This document shows positions 49,505-61,303 of a DNA stretch of 64,000 nucleotides, in pieces. Source of the stretch: Blepharisma stoltei ATCC 30299 (lineage: Eukaryota; Protista; Ciliophora); assembly GCA_965603825.1 (NCBI GenBank), contig CBFDEM010000018.1, positions 1,014,396 to 1,078,395 of the forward strand. The letters run 5' to 3'. Under the pieces are notes generated by a model that did not search any database, was not told where the DNA came from, and worked only from the letters and a program-made list of their open reading frames with translations. Position 1 is the stretch's first letter. Every line of letters begins with the position of its first letter. The position numbers and the translations under genes were made by a program.

Positions 49505-51082
49505 ATGTCCGAATTTCAACCAATTTTTCAATATATAGTAGAAGGTAGAACCAGAGATCTTGAAGCATTAATTCGTCAATTACAAAAACCGCTTCGCTTT
49601 ATAAAAGACACAACTGGGTACACGTTGATTCACTTCGCAGTTCTAAACGAAAAAGAAGAAATCATCAATTTATTAGTTCAACATGTAAGCCATATATAGG
49701 AAAAAGGGCTTCCAGGGACTCCTGCTAATGAAGTAACTGACTGGGTTAACTCACTTTCACCTGATGGATACACCGCTTTCCATTTAGCAATATCTAAAGG
49801 AAACTTTTCAATTGTGAAATTATTGACTTTATTAGGAGCAGATGTAGATATAAAAACGCCTCTAGGTCTCGGGTCACTTCATTTGGCAGCTCAAGGGGAT
49901 TTTGCTCATTTGATTTCTTATTTTTCAGAAATTGGGCTGAGTGTTATGGAATGCGACTCTAAAGGAGGCACTCCTTTACATTGGGCTGCTTATATGGGAG
50001 CTTATTATGCAACTTCTGTATTAATGGCATTACAGGCACCTATTAACTGCCAAGACCATGATGGGCATACTCCTTTACATTTAGCAGTGCTTTCAGCTAA
50101 TAATAGAGTTGTTAGGCTATTACTGCTAAAAGGAGCAGACCGAGCTATAAAAGATTCAAGGGATAGGACACCTATGGAGATCGCAAAAGAAAATCAATCA
50201 AATGAGCTTATAGATATGCTGAAGCCTGAAGGAATATTAGAAAAAACTGGATATAGGCCGCTGCTAAAACCTTATAAAAGAACTGCTTTTCCTTTTTATT
50301 TCGTACTCTGCTTGATTATTGTGACTTTGGCACTTATTATTTTATTTTGTGTGCAGTGTAATTTTTAAGCAGACAATTATTATTTGAGCTATTTTTTTAC
50401 AGCCACTTCAGTCAGTGCTATTTTATTGATGATTTTTTTAGTTAATTCTAACCCTGGCTATATTACGCGACCAAAAGGGATAAAATTATCTGTAAGAATT
50501 ATTTAGTATTTATATCAAACTTACAAATATTCAGAAATTTGCCCAGATTGTGTTATATTAAGGCCAGCTCGATCTCGGCATTGTCATTATTGTGATAAAT
50601 GCGTGCAGAAGTTTGATCATCATTGCCAATGGGTGAACAACTGTATAGGAGCTCGGAACCTTGGCTGGTTTTATTCATTTATAAGTTTGTTATGACTTTC
50701 AGTCGGTCTTTCAATTGCAATTTCCATAGAAGTCTTTATCGGCCACGAAACAGACCGTGGGATTGAAGACTCTCCTTATGAAATTTCTTTGATTGTTGCT
50801 TCTTTTACAGGTTTTCTTTCAGTTTTGACATTAGTCCCTGTCAGTTATTTATTCATCACACACACAAAAAATTTTTGTGAAAATCAGACGACGAGTGAAA
50901 GGTTTTCTAAGGGTTCAAAATTCCGAGGCGGAAAAAAAGAAAAGTCTTGTTTTGTGAAAAACTGCTACTCAATGTGCTGCAATAAAGAAGATGACCATAG
51001 CTCAAAGTCTTCTATTGTAACTACATCAAGTAAACAAATGGATGATTATCATATGATACTTGAAGAATCGGGCACGAAATAA
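49505..51082 (+). CDS. Ankyrin-repeat DHHC palmitoyltransferase (Akr1/ZDHHC17-like); 15-nt introns 49685-49699, 50358-50372, 50492-50506
   Basis: TPLHWAA/TPLHLAV ankyrin repeats, SNPGY, CPDC...RPARSRHCHYCDKCVQKFDHHCQWVNNCIG, QTTSE. Confidence 0.92.
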
Positions 51083-51105
51083 TGATGTAAGAATTAAATT
51101 AAATA

Positions 51106-53124
51106 TTAAGATTCTACTAGAGAGAGCCTTTGGAGGATAGCTACTTGTGATCCACTGTTAGAGTTACTCATTGGGATTAGTTCCTATATAAAAATTACTG
51201 TTGAAAATAGCGCGACACATTCAGAAAAAGTTATTTGTTGGTTATCATATGGATCAATTATCTGAAGCAGTCTAAAAATGTCAGGCTCTTCAAAGCCAAG
51301 CCCTGTAGCGTCTAATAGTTCTCTGAATTCTGGCTCAGAAATCATCCCATTTCTGTCTTTGTCTGCATCTCTAAACATAGCTAAAAAGTTTGATAAAAAT
51401 TTTTCGTGGCCTTTTAGCTGGAAATCTAATAGGATTTTGAGAAAATCTGCATATAAAATTCTGGTTTTGAGGCTTCTTTCTTTTTCTCTTCGAGTTACAG
51501 CTTCTTCACGTGTGATTTTTCCTCTGATAGGTGGCAGATCTGATGGGTAATTTTTATGTTTGATTACTTCTGAGACTAAAGATAGTAATAAATCAGCGTC
51601 TGTCTCGTTGTACATGTATTTGACTATGTCAGTTCATTCGTCTTCGCTTACATAGCTTTGAAGTCTTTCATTTAGCATTTCTTGGACATCTCCATTTGAT
51701 TTTAATGGGAATTTCCCTCTCAAATGCATCTTTAACAGCTCACTAACAGTCTCCTTTACTTGATTCTGCACAAACCTGAACTCTTCATCACACTCATTTG
51801 CATAAATTTTACCAAAAACTGTAACATCATTATCTTCTGTAGAAAATCTCTTAACTGCGTCCAAAATTGCATATGAATATTCATTTGCTAAATGCTTTAA
51901 GCCATATTTATGATTAAGAAAAGTCATGAGATATTTTTCCATAGTTTCCCTTGGCAGTTTCATATCTACACATTTTTGGTCAAATTTCGCCTTATTCGTA
52001 TAAATTTCATCAATAATTTCTTTCAGTTGCCTTAAACTTAACACTTTTCCATTAGAAAAATTCTGTTGAGAAGGCGTTGCTGTCCTGCTTCTATCTAAAT
52101 TTGGAGATTTTCCGCCTAATGCAATTTCTGCGGTGCTTTTAGAGTGTTTTATCAATAAATCTAAATATTTTTTATTTTCTTCTTTTAGCATTTCAAGCTC
52201 AAGTAAAATTTCTTTTTTGTCTTCTTCCATCTGTTTTCTCAAAATTTCTTTTTCAATTATATGTTTTTGTGAGTCTTTTTCTATTTGGTCTGCTGCTTCT
52301 AAAATTTCGTTATTTTCTTTGAGGGCTTTTTCTATGTCATTTTTCATTGAATTTATTTTTTCTTCACAAACTGAGTCCATATCAAAGACTAATCCTAGGG
52401 TTTCCCTAAAGGTGTCGTCAAAAACCTTGTGGATTTTATTCAAAATTTGGCCCATTTTTGGGCTTTCTTTGAAAATCAGCTCAGAACTTTTGTCGAGGCA
52501 AATGAGATAGAGTTCATGTTTTGATTTCATAGCATGTGCTTGCAAAAGAGACTGTGAATATCCTTGTTTCATAACGTTAGAAAACTCTTCAATTACGTTT
52601 TTTACATGATCATCAAAATCTGCTGCAAGTTTTTTGTCTTCTGCAGGGTCAATTTCATGTCAAACATCTCGAATTTCATCATAAATGCTTGCAAGGTTTT
52701 CTAGATCTTCTTTTCTTAATAATTCGTCTGATTCTTCATCATATTGTTCTTCTTTAACAACCTCTATTTCGGAGCTATTTATTTTTTGTAAATTAGGAAG
52801 CGCTTCAATTAGAATTTGCTCGTCCTCTTCTTGCAACAAAGTAATATTTAGCTCAATTAAAGAAGGGAGCGAGGAGAGACCAGGGATTATGTCTTGGACC
52901 GCACTAAATAAATTGTTAGAAATATCTAGATGTTCTAGAGTTTTTAACTGTGATAAATCGTCTGGTATTGAAGTTAAGCGATTTCCGAATAAAATTAATT
53001 CTTTGAGGTTGGAAAATTTAATAAGCCAGGGAAGCAGTGGAGAGAGGGACTCTATTTCGCAGCTTTCAAGGTTTATTGAAGTGAGATCAGGGCTTTCTTC
53101 AAGAAGTTTGGGTAATTCTTCCAT
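51106..53124 (-). CDS. LRR + coiled-coil + EF-hand protein; 15-nt intron 51184-51198
   Basis: N-terminal LRRs (LKELILFGNRL, LEHLDISNNL), ETMEKYL..FLNHKYGLK region, EF-hands DKDRNGMISEPE and DPYDNQQITFSE. Two TGA=Trp codons. Confidence 0.85.
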
Positions 53125-53340
53125 TTTGATACAAATTGGATTATTAAGGATTTCTATTGAAAATTTAGTTTTGAAATTTCTTTATAAAAGGCTGGATTTT
53201 TATTGTTCTTTGTTTTAAAACAGAAAAATTTCTGTTTGCGAATATACGCTGAGAGGATCGGTAAATTTGATACAAACTATAAAATTTCTATAGAAATTCT
53301 CCATAACAAATTTATACAAATTATTTGTGTTCTAATAAAT

Positions 53341-54936
53341 TTACTCAAATTTTAAGCTCGTAATCGTCCCAAGTGCCGTCATAAAAGTATCCCTTATGAT
53401 AAATCTCGTGTTTTCTGACACATATTCCGGGTGATACAAAAACCTCAGCGTCAAATTCGTAGACTGTCCAGGGACAATGGTTTTTCCTTCCCCCACAACT
53501 CTTGCACATTGGCTTATAGTCTGAGTATAAATCATCGGCTCATACGAGCTTTTCAGTGTCCTTGCTTCTTTGACACTATCAATAGGTCAAATCAAGCACT
53601 GGAACTCAAAAGCTGCCCTTGGGTTGACTTTTTTATCAACCAACACCATTCCTTTCCTCAGCTCGTTTTCCCTGAGCCATTTTTCAGTAGAAGATCCTAA
53701 AGTGACTTTAAAACTACAAAATTGTCCTGCACTGACTGAACGTACAGGGACTTTATTTACATGGATGCCCATTATTTGGACACATCTGAATTTACCTCTG
53801 TTGTCAGGACCAAGCATCAGTCGTTGTAGCGCGCAGGCTTTGCCTTTGACCATGACCCCGCCTATGATAAGTCCTTCTTTTTCATATCATTTTTCTATAT
53901 AAAACTCAGGGTAGCTGTCTGTGCTTTCTCAGTTTTCAGCAGCTGGGAGAAGGTTAAGAAAGCTTAATAATAAGTCGAGATTGCAGCCTGTAATAAAGGA
54001 AACTGAAAAAACTGGGGCGAGCTGTTCTTGGGCAAATAGCCGAGAATAGAGGACGACATCTTCAAAATTGGTCACTTCCATCATAGTTCTGCGTTGGTTT
54101 CTAAGCTCGGCTTGGAGATAGTCTAAAGAACGGTCTATGACAATTTGTGGGTATTTGTCGATTTTGGAGATGACGATAAAAATCGGGAGTTTTAAAGCAG
54201 AAGCTAAGGCAAGGTGGTCAGTGAAAGTAGAATTTGGCTCTTCTGAAGGCTCGTAGACTATTAAACAGTAATCTGGGTTTTGGCTTGACATACCATAAAG
54301 GAGGTTTCTTTTGTATTTGGCATGGCCTGGGAGGTCGATTAAGCTGATAAGCTTAGAGGATTGGCATACCAATTGTTCCCAGCCTTTTTTGCTTCTAAGC
54401 ACTTGTCCTTGGGTGTCAAATCCGACTAGATGTTGGGTAACAGAGGTGGTGTAGCCTATCTTTTTTTCGTGCTTATGCAGTAAAGTTGAATTTTTGGCTT
54501 TACCTTTGCCATTATCCATAACTCCTTTACTTAAAACTCCGACCAGACTGGTTTTTCCGACCCCAGAAGCTCCTAATAACGCGACACGTATGTCCATTAT
54601 TACACCTTGTCGCTCTTTTTTCCTTATTAGGAGTTCGCCTACATAGCCTTCTTCTTTTTTCTCTTTTGCAAGCAAAAGAAGAGAGGCATCAAGAGACTCA
54701 GCAACGGACCCAAGAACACTTATGCATGAGTCAAGCTCTTCAAGTGTCAAACCTACGGGTTGGCCTTCCCAGTTTAATCCAACGATATATTTAGCTTCTC
54801 CACGACCTGCGTTAAGGCGGTGCTCCATTTGGCTTTTTAATCGTTCGATTCTTTGAGGACTTGGCGTTAGGAGTTTAAGAACATACTCGGTTCTGCTCAA
54901 TGATCGTTCTTCATTTCTCTTAGACTGAAAGTCCAT
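53341..54936 (-). CDS. GTPBP1/GTPBP2-like translational GTPase (531 aa)
   Basis: EYVLKL..RL..GRGEA.Y, GASGVGKTSLVGVLSKG.MDNGKG, HKHE..GYTTS, IDLPGHAKY, SKID, EF-Tu-like domains II/III. Three TGA=Trp codons. Confidence 0.88.
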
Positions 54937-55538
54937 AATAAAACATTATAATATCAGAGAGAAAGAAAGATAGATATTGATTACAAAGAACGAAAGAGGG
55001 AGAAGTCAGACAGTAACAGAATCGAAAATAAATATGAAAATTTGATAAGTTAGCAGAGATAAGGAGACGAGAAAGATATAGAAATTTGGAAGAAGATGAG
55101 AGTAATAATTGCACAAGAAAAGGTAAGACGGTAAAATGATTCCATTGAGTCAATGGGAGGAGCTAATTGAGATGAAAATAGATACATAGTGCAATATATT
55201 TTGAAATTAAAAAAAATATATGGGAGGTTTCAGGTAATTGATATTTTCTAGCCTAAGCTAAGAGAATAATTTAATAGTATGAAAATAACTTATCTACCAT
55301 TGGAATTTTAATATTGTATCTCTCCTAAAATATATAGTATAAAATAAACTATTTTCCCTTGTTTAATTTTACATATCCAAAACATGAAATTGCACTTTTT
55401 AAGCAGCAAACCAATAATAATTTCTTTAATTGCCTAAAATTATTTATCTTATTTTACTCCTACGAAAAGAGTGTTTTAAGTTTTCTTTTAACCTTAAATA
55501 ATGCAATTTATCTGCAAAATTATTAAAATAAGAGTTAC

Positions 55539-56486
55539 TTAAGCTTGGCTTTTGGCGGCGTTGAGGATCTTTTGTTTAACTCTTTCTTTCCTTTCAGCGT
55601 TGGTAAACCTTGAGTTTCTAGGATAAGTGGCAGTGTGAGTCTTAATGAACTGTCCTTCTCTAGTATGCACAGGAGGATGAGCTCTCTCTTTCTTGGCGTG
55701 TGATGGATCTTTTCTGATGGCTTCAAAAATGGCTTTGTAAGTTTGTTCTACGGTTTTTCCAGCAAGCTTTTCGTTCCAGAGGGTGAACTGCTTAGAGAAT
55801 TTTTCTTCGTCTTCTTCCTTAAGTAATTTCATGTACTCTTGGATGTGGACTCCATATATTCTCTTTCTGTGGACTTCAGCGTCGTATTTCCATTTTCCGT
55901 CTTCCTTCTTGCTGCCTGGGAATCTCTTTACTGAGTGTGGGATGTGAATTCCACCATCGCAAGCACCTTTAAGAGCTCCGAAGACTTTGTTTCCAGTTGT
56001 GGTGCAGACAAGACCAACATCGAGGTAAGCTTTGAATGGTCTCTTTTTGATTTCCTCTCCTTTAGATTCTCTTGCTTCCATATCTTTGTAAACGTCGAAA
56101 GCAGCTCCAGTTGGTGCAGCGACTCCTTTGTAGAGGTCATCAAGTCCGAGTTGTTTGAGGGTTCTTCTTGCTAAAAGAAGACCTGTGGCATAAGCAGCTG
56201 GGTAATTGGTGAATCCAGTGCCAAGTCCGTATTTGGCAAGTTCTTTAGATTGAGCTTGGCTAAGAACTCTGTCACCTACAATAGTGGAGTAGATGATTTG
56301 GGCAATGATGTTTGTGTTGGTAAATCTGACCACGAATCTGTACTTAGGAGTGTTGTATTTGTTCTTGTGTTGGAAAGTAAGGAACTTCCTGGCACGGTAG
56401 TCAGTTTTTCCTTCACGGCGTCGTCTGAATTTGACTTGGAAGCGCTTGAAGTAAGCATTAGTCTTTACGACCTTTATGAACACCAT
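55539..56486 (-). CDS. RPL5: 60S ribosomal protein L5 (uL18)
   Basis: MVFIKVVKTNAYFKRFQVKFRRRREGKTDY, KNKYNTPKYR, AYATGLLLARR, GNKVFGALKGACDGG. Confidence 0.98.
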   Translation of the reverse strand: MVFIKVVKTNAYFKRFQVKFRRRREGKTDYRARKFLTFQHKNKYNTPKYRFVVRFTNTNIIAQIIYSTIVGDRVLSQAQSKELAKYGLGTGFTNYPAAYATGLLLARRTLKQLGLDDLYKGVAAPTGAAFDVYKDMEARESKGEEIKKRPFKAYLDVGLVCTTTGNKVFGALKGACDGGIHIPHSVKRFPGSKKEDGKWKYDAEVHRKRIYGVHIQEYMKLLKEEDEEKFSKQFTLWNEKLAGKTVEQTYKAIFEAIRKDPSHAKKERAHPPVHTREGQFIKTHTATYPRNSRFTNAERKERVKQKILNAAKSQA

Positions 56487-56720
56487 TATTATCCACTCAT
56501 AGAGGACTTCATAAATGGCTTATTGCACACCCAAAAACCAAAATTTGTTAAGCAGAAAAACTGGCTAGAAATATTTTCTTATAGAAATTATGCCTAATAG
56601 CTGCTTAAAGCGTTTTGAATATATGCTTAAAATTAGTTTGAAAATAACCTAATTAAATTATGCTTCTGATAAGACAATCATTATTTTGAAGTTTCTGGGC
56701 ACGTCTGGAATTGTAATTAA

Positions 56721-57974
56721 ATGGTCTCAAAAAGGCAGCTTGAAAAAGAGAAAAAGTATTTAGCTAAGAAAAGAAAAGATAAAAAGAAAAAGGCAAAAAA
56801 AGTTGACACAGTTTCACTAAAAACACCTGAAAATGAAGAAAATCAGCCTCAAGAAAGTATTGAAATTATAGATAATGATATTGATACTTATCTGCAAGAA
56901 AATAGCATTGATCCCGCTTTTCATGAAGTTTTCAAAAAATTCTATGCCGAGCCAGCCATTCAACAAGAAAGTGAGCCACAAGAAGAATCTCAACAAGAGC
57001 AAGAAATCGCACAAGAGACTATTTTAAGTAAGAAAAAATTAAGAAAACTCGCAAGACCTTCTATTTTCCAATTAAAGCAAGCTGTGAAGCGCCCAGAAGT
57101 CGTGGAATGGGTAGACACCACTGCAAAAGACCCCAGTTTTTTGGTGTACTTAAAGTCATACAAAAATACAGTCCAAGTCCCAAAGCACTGGTCTCAGAAG
57201 AAAAAATTCCTCCAAATGAAGAGAGGCACCGAAAAAATGCCTTTTACACTGCCAGACTTTATTGAAGCCACAGGTATTACTAAAATCAGAGCACAGATGA
57301 GAGAAAGAGATGCGGGAAAACTATTAAAGCAAAGAATGAGAGAAAGAATGAACCCAAAATTAGGGAGGCTTGATATAGACTATCAAATTCTTCATGATGC
57401 ATTTTTTAAGCACCAAACTAAGCCAAAAATGACGATCCATGGCGACTTATATCATGAAGGCAAAGAAAATGAGCTTAAAATGAGGGTTTATAGGCCAGGC
57501 CAACTAAGTGATGAACTGAAGCTTGCACTTGGGATGCCTGAAGGGTGCCCACCACCTTGAATTATAAACATGCAGAGGTTTGGGCCGCCTCCTGCGTATC
57601 CTCACTTAAGAATTCCTGGCTTAAATGCCCCAATACCTGAAGGTGCACAATTCGGCTATCAAATGGGAGGATGGGGAAACCCAGAAAGCGGGATTTATGG
57701 AAATACCTTAAACAATAATGGCAATAACCCTGAGATACCTAATAAAAAGAAACATTGGGGGGAGCTTGAAGATGAAATTGAGATTGAAGAAGAGTCTGAG
57801 GGAGAAGAATCCCCAGAAGATACGTCAACTTTTATCAGAAATACTGCATTTTCTGGGTTCTCTGATTTGACACCACTTATTATCGACCAAAAACAGATGA
57901 TTGCAGGCACACAAACTACTGTTGGATATGAAACTCCAGCACCAGTCGAAATTAAGAAAAAAATAAATAAATAA
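56721..57974 (+). CDS. SF3B2: Splicing factor SF3B2/SAP145/Cus1 (DUF382 + PSP), 417 aa
   Basis: LKQAVKRPEVVEWVD, NTVQVPKHW, LDIDYQILHDAFF, PGQLSDEL..ALGM..PPPW(TGA 57558)IINMQRFGPPPAYP. Confidence 0.95.
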
Positions 57975-58067
57975 GTGAAATACCTCGTTTTAATGCTAAA
58001 TTCAAATAAATTTAAATATCCTAACTATTTTCTAATTTTATCGAAAACCAACTTATCCTTATTTATC

Positions 58068-59129
58068 TTAATTTGTGTTTTGGCTACTTCAGTAAGAAGT
58101 AAACAAAAAGCTTTCATTTTTGACCGGCACATTAAGTGTATCCTTATGTTCTATAGGTCTGAACCCAGATTCCCCAAGATGTTCAAACATTCATGAGTTT
58201 CCAAGTCCTCCAACACTTCCAACCGACATAACGCTCATAGTGCTTTTCATAATAGAGTATTCTTCCAAGTTGCTATTTGGTATCAGCATTGAATCTAGCC
58301 TTTTTAGTAGTGGATTATCTTGCATTTCTTCTGGCTCTTCTTCACTATTTGCTTCTTTTGCTTCAAAATTCTCAGGCAGACATGAAGTAGTTGACGACAT
58401 CACAGATTCTTCAAAAAATGAACTGTGAATGCTACTAGGGATTTTTACTTCTGGGGCCCCTTCTGTTTCATGCTGATATGGAGGAGCCATGTCAAGGATA
58501 TCATCCACATAATAATTATAATTTGTCAGTTCCTCGTCCTTTAATTCTATAGCAGGTTTTGTTAAAACCCTAAAGCTGTCGTTTATATCTTGAAGCCTGA
58601 TTTTCAGATGATTTTTGTTCTTATCAAGCCAATAATGATAAGCGCGCGAAAACTGAGGGAACTTTATTGATAAATAAGCAAAAAACAGGTCCATTGAGTC
58701 GTTTAGATAAGCTTTTATAGCATAAGCTGTAATAAAAAGAATAATTTTCAGAGGTAAAGCAGCTTGAGTCCAGGCAAATCTTTTTAAGTAAATATTTCAG
58801 ACGATAATTTCAAAATCATTGAACATCATTTCTTGTGTGGTTTCTGATATTAATATAAGCAATGGGTATTGCATAAATTCTCATGGAATTGCAGGGTCTG
58901 CCACAACTCTTCTCAGAATTATATGATTTCTGTGGCTAATTTTATATTCCTGGCGCAATCTTGTATAATCAGCGAACAGCAAGGTTTGTTTCTTCAGATG
59001 TTCTTCTTGTTCAACGGTCAGGTGAGCCTGAGGTTTTAATGGCACTGGGGCATGGAGTAAATTAATTGGTGGGTCTTTTTCTTTTTTCTTTCTAAGAGAC
59101 CTTCTAACAGGTATGGAAGGATTTTTCAT
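58068..59129 (-). CDS. Hypothetical protein (353 aa)
   Basis: ORFs 58881-59129 and 58191-58694 join through four TGA=Trp codons to TAA 58068-58070. Confidence 0.7.
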
Positions 59130-59263
59130 TCTATTCTTTTCTGATATTTATAAATAATTATTTGATATTATTCTAGCAGAAGCCCTGGGCTTAAAATATT
59201 TTAGATTTTTGAGGCAAGTTTTGTGTTAATAATAATAAGAAAAATATTGGAATTTTATTAAAT

Positions 59264-60706
59264 TTAGCCTAATTCAGCACCTTTGGTTTCTGGTAATTTC
59301 ATACAGAGAAGACCAGAGGAGATACTTCCGATAGAACAGATAAGAATAGATATGGTTAGCCCTCCAGGCATTCCTAAAAGTACTCCAATTATTGCTGGCG
59401 TTACAACACCTGCGAATTTATTCCAAGAATTAGTCCATCCTACAGCGATTGATCTGACTTCTGTAGGAAAAAACTCAGCTATCATTGTATATAGTGCAGA
59501 ATAGCCTAAATAGTTAAAAAAGAACATCAGTGAAGAAAATACTACAAGGAGTGGATAGCTGTCTGCGCTGTAAAATAAAAATATAAGAACCCCCATAATC
59601 AAAAATGATATAGAAATTGTCCATCTTCTCCCCAGCCTTGTTTCTACAAGATAAGTTGACAAAAAGATCCCAGGAATACCTACAGACTGTTGAATAATTA
59701 AAGTATAATATAATTGTGTATCCCCTGACACTTTCCCTCCTACTTTGTCCAAAAATATAGGCATAAATGACGCCATTGTGCTATAAGCGATTTCTACCAG
59801 CATAAGTGTCTATATATTCTTTACAAACGTAAAAAGTAATGTGTATTTAATGTATTTTTTCCCTAGTATCATTTTCAGAGAATCCTTAGTATTTGCTTTA
59901 TGGACAAGCCTTTCTCTAGTCCCTTCACCTTTTAAAGATTCACTAAGCCTTGACTCTTCGATTTGTACCTCGAATTTTGGCTTAATGTCTGATCTGTTTA
60001 TTCTTGCAATGTTGCTATATGTTTTTTACCATAAAACCTTTTCACTTTCATCGTCTCTATGGTGAATCAATAGATATCTTGAAGATTCATATAAAAATAA
60101 CCTGGGAACCCAATTAATAAACTCTATAATCGCGCCACAAAAAGTGACGATTCTTCAGATTTCTATGTCAAAAAATCCAGATACTGTAAAGATCAAAGCA
60201 ATTAGAGATGCCCCGATTGCTCCGACTATTCAGCAAGCTGAAATGAGGACTAAAGTTCATCTTTTTTTAGGTGGGCATGCTTCAAGATAAGACGGGCCAC
60301 CTGTTGCTAGTTCTCCTCCAGCTCCTAGACCTTCTATAAAAGTAAATGGTATTAGCATTGCGTAATTCTGTGAAAAAGTCAACAGCAATGCTCCAATTAC
60401 ACTCATAATCCCTGAGATTTTAAAAGCGTAAACTCTTCCATATCGATCTCCTATTAAGCCTAAAATTGCAGAGCCTAGAAAAATTCCTGACATATGAGCT
60501 GTATTAATTAAACCGACTTCATAAGACTCCAGATCTCACTCGTCTTTAGCGCTTCTCATTAGAAATGAAACTGCGGTGCTCAAATAAGTTATTGAAAACC
60601 AAGCTCCTCCACATACGATAAAATTAAAAGTTGAGTATTTCCCCCAGCCAATTGAGTCAAGGAAGATATTTATTTGTTGAACCTTTTGATTCTCTTCGTC
60701 TGACAT
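59264..60706 (-). CDS. MFS transporter (SVOP/sugar-porter-like); 15-nt introns 60015-60029 and 59810-59824
   Basis: LDSIGWGKY, GLIGDRYGR, GLGAGG, EACPPKKR, IWR, YESSRYL, LGRRW, AEFFPTEVRS, LPETKG. Confidence 0.92.
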
Positions 60707-61303
60707 GCAATTTTAACTATAAATATTCTGTTGCATATTTTAATGCAATAAAAAATAAATTCCAAAGAAATAATGAATAGTTCAGAAAAACGCTAAGTAT
60801 TAATTGATATTAATGATTATTATAAAAGCTTGATTAGCTATTAAAGAAGTGTTTGCAAATAATTACAAATTAGGATTAATTAGCAAAGTAAATTAATTTT
60901 TAAATCTAATTTACTAAATTTATTAGACCAGGTAAGGCCTGTTGTGATTGCCCAAAAAACTCCTATGATATATGCCATTATTGAAGCATAAGTAGATATG
61001 ATAAGGTAACCCATAGAAAAAATAATCAAGCATTTCCTAAATTAAGCAAAATTGTAGTGTGAGCACTTTTAGGGACTTTTTTAAATAGACTGCCATTATT
61101 TTATTGAGGAAATGCACAAGTTCTATCCAATTCTAATTTGTTCAACAATTAAACACCGAATATAAATGAGTAATCGCACACTAGTTGATAATAGTCTTTT
61201 ATTTTATTCTAACCAAATTTTATTTAAATCTGCATTTTTTGGAGTAGTTCAATACGGTCTCGGCCTAATAAGTCGTTAATAAAATTGATATCTGTTTCAG
61301 AAA

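Noticed and set aside
54920-55190. Strand-skewed purine-rich stretch and 77-aa ORF upstream of the GTPBP-like gene
   Set aside because: Low-complexity translation that overlaps the GTPBP start; no supportable gene model.
17782-56597. Antisense/shadow ORFs (e.g. 20410-20886, 27449-27967, 52685-53218, 56250-56597)
   Set aside because: They lie opposite well-supported genes and show no independent protein features.
56721-57974. Short SF3B2 and PWI-less PRP3 as adaptations to tiny introns
   Set aside because: Budding yeast Cus1 and Prp3 are similarly compact, so length alone is not evidence.
135-60706. Apparent pseudogenes/fragmented ORFs throughout the ORF track
   Set aside because: Breaks in the genes I reconstructed are TGA=Trp codons or 15-16 nt introns; the frames are intact after correction.
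135-60706. Selenocysteine or programmed readthrough as the explanation for in-frame TGA
   Set aside because: The TGAs align with conserved Trp and with TGG in paralogues, not with Cys, and occur in most genes.
61241-61275. tRNA-like A-box sequence GGAGTAGTTCAATACGGT
   Set aside because: No B-box/T-loop, anticodon arm or acceptor stem follows.
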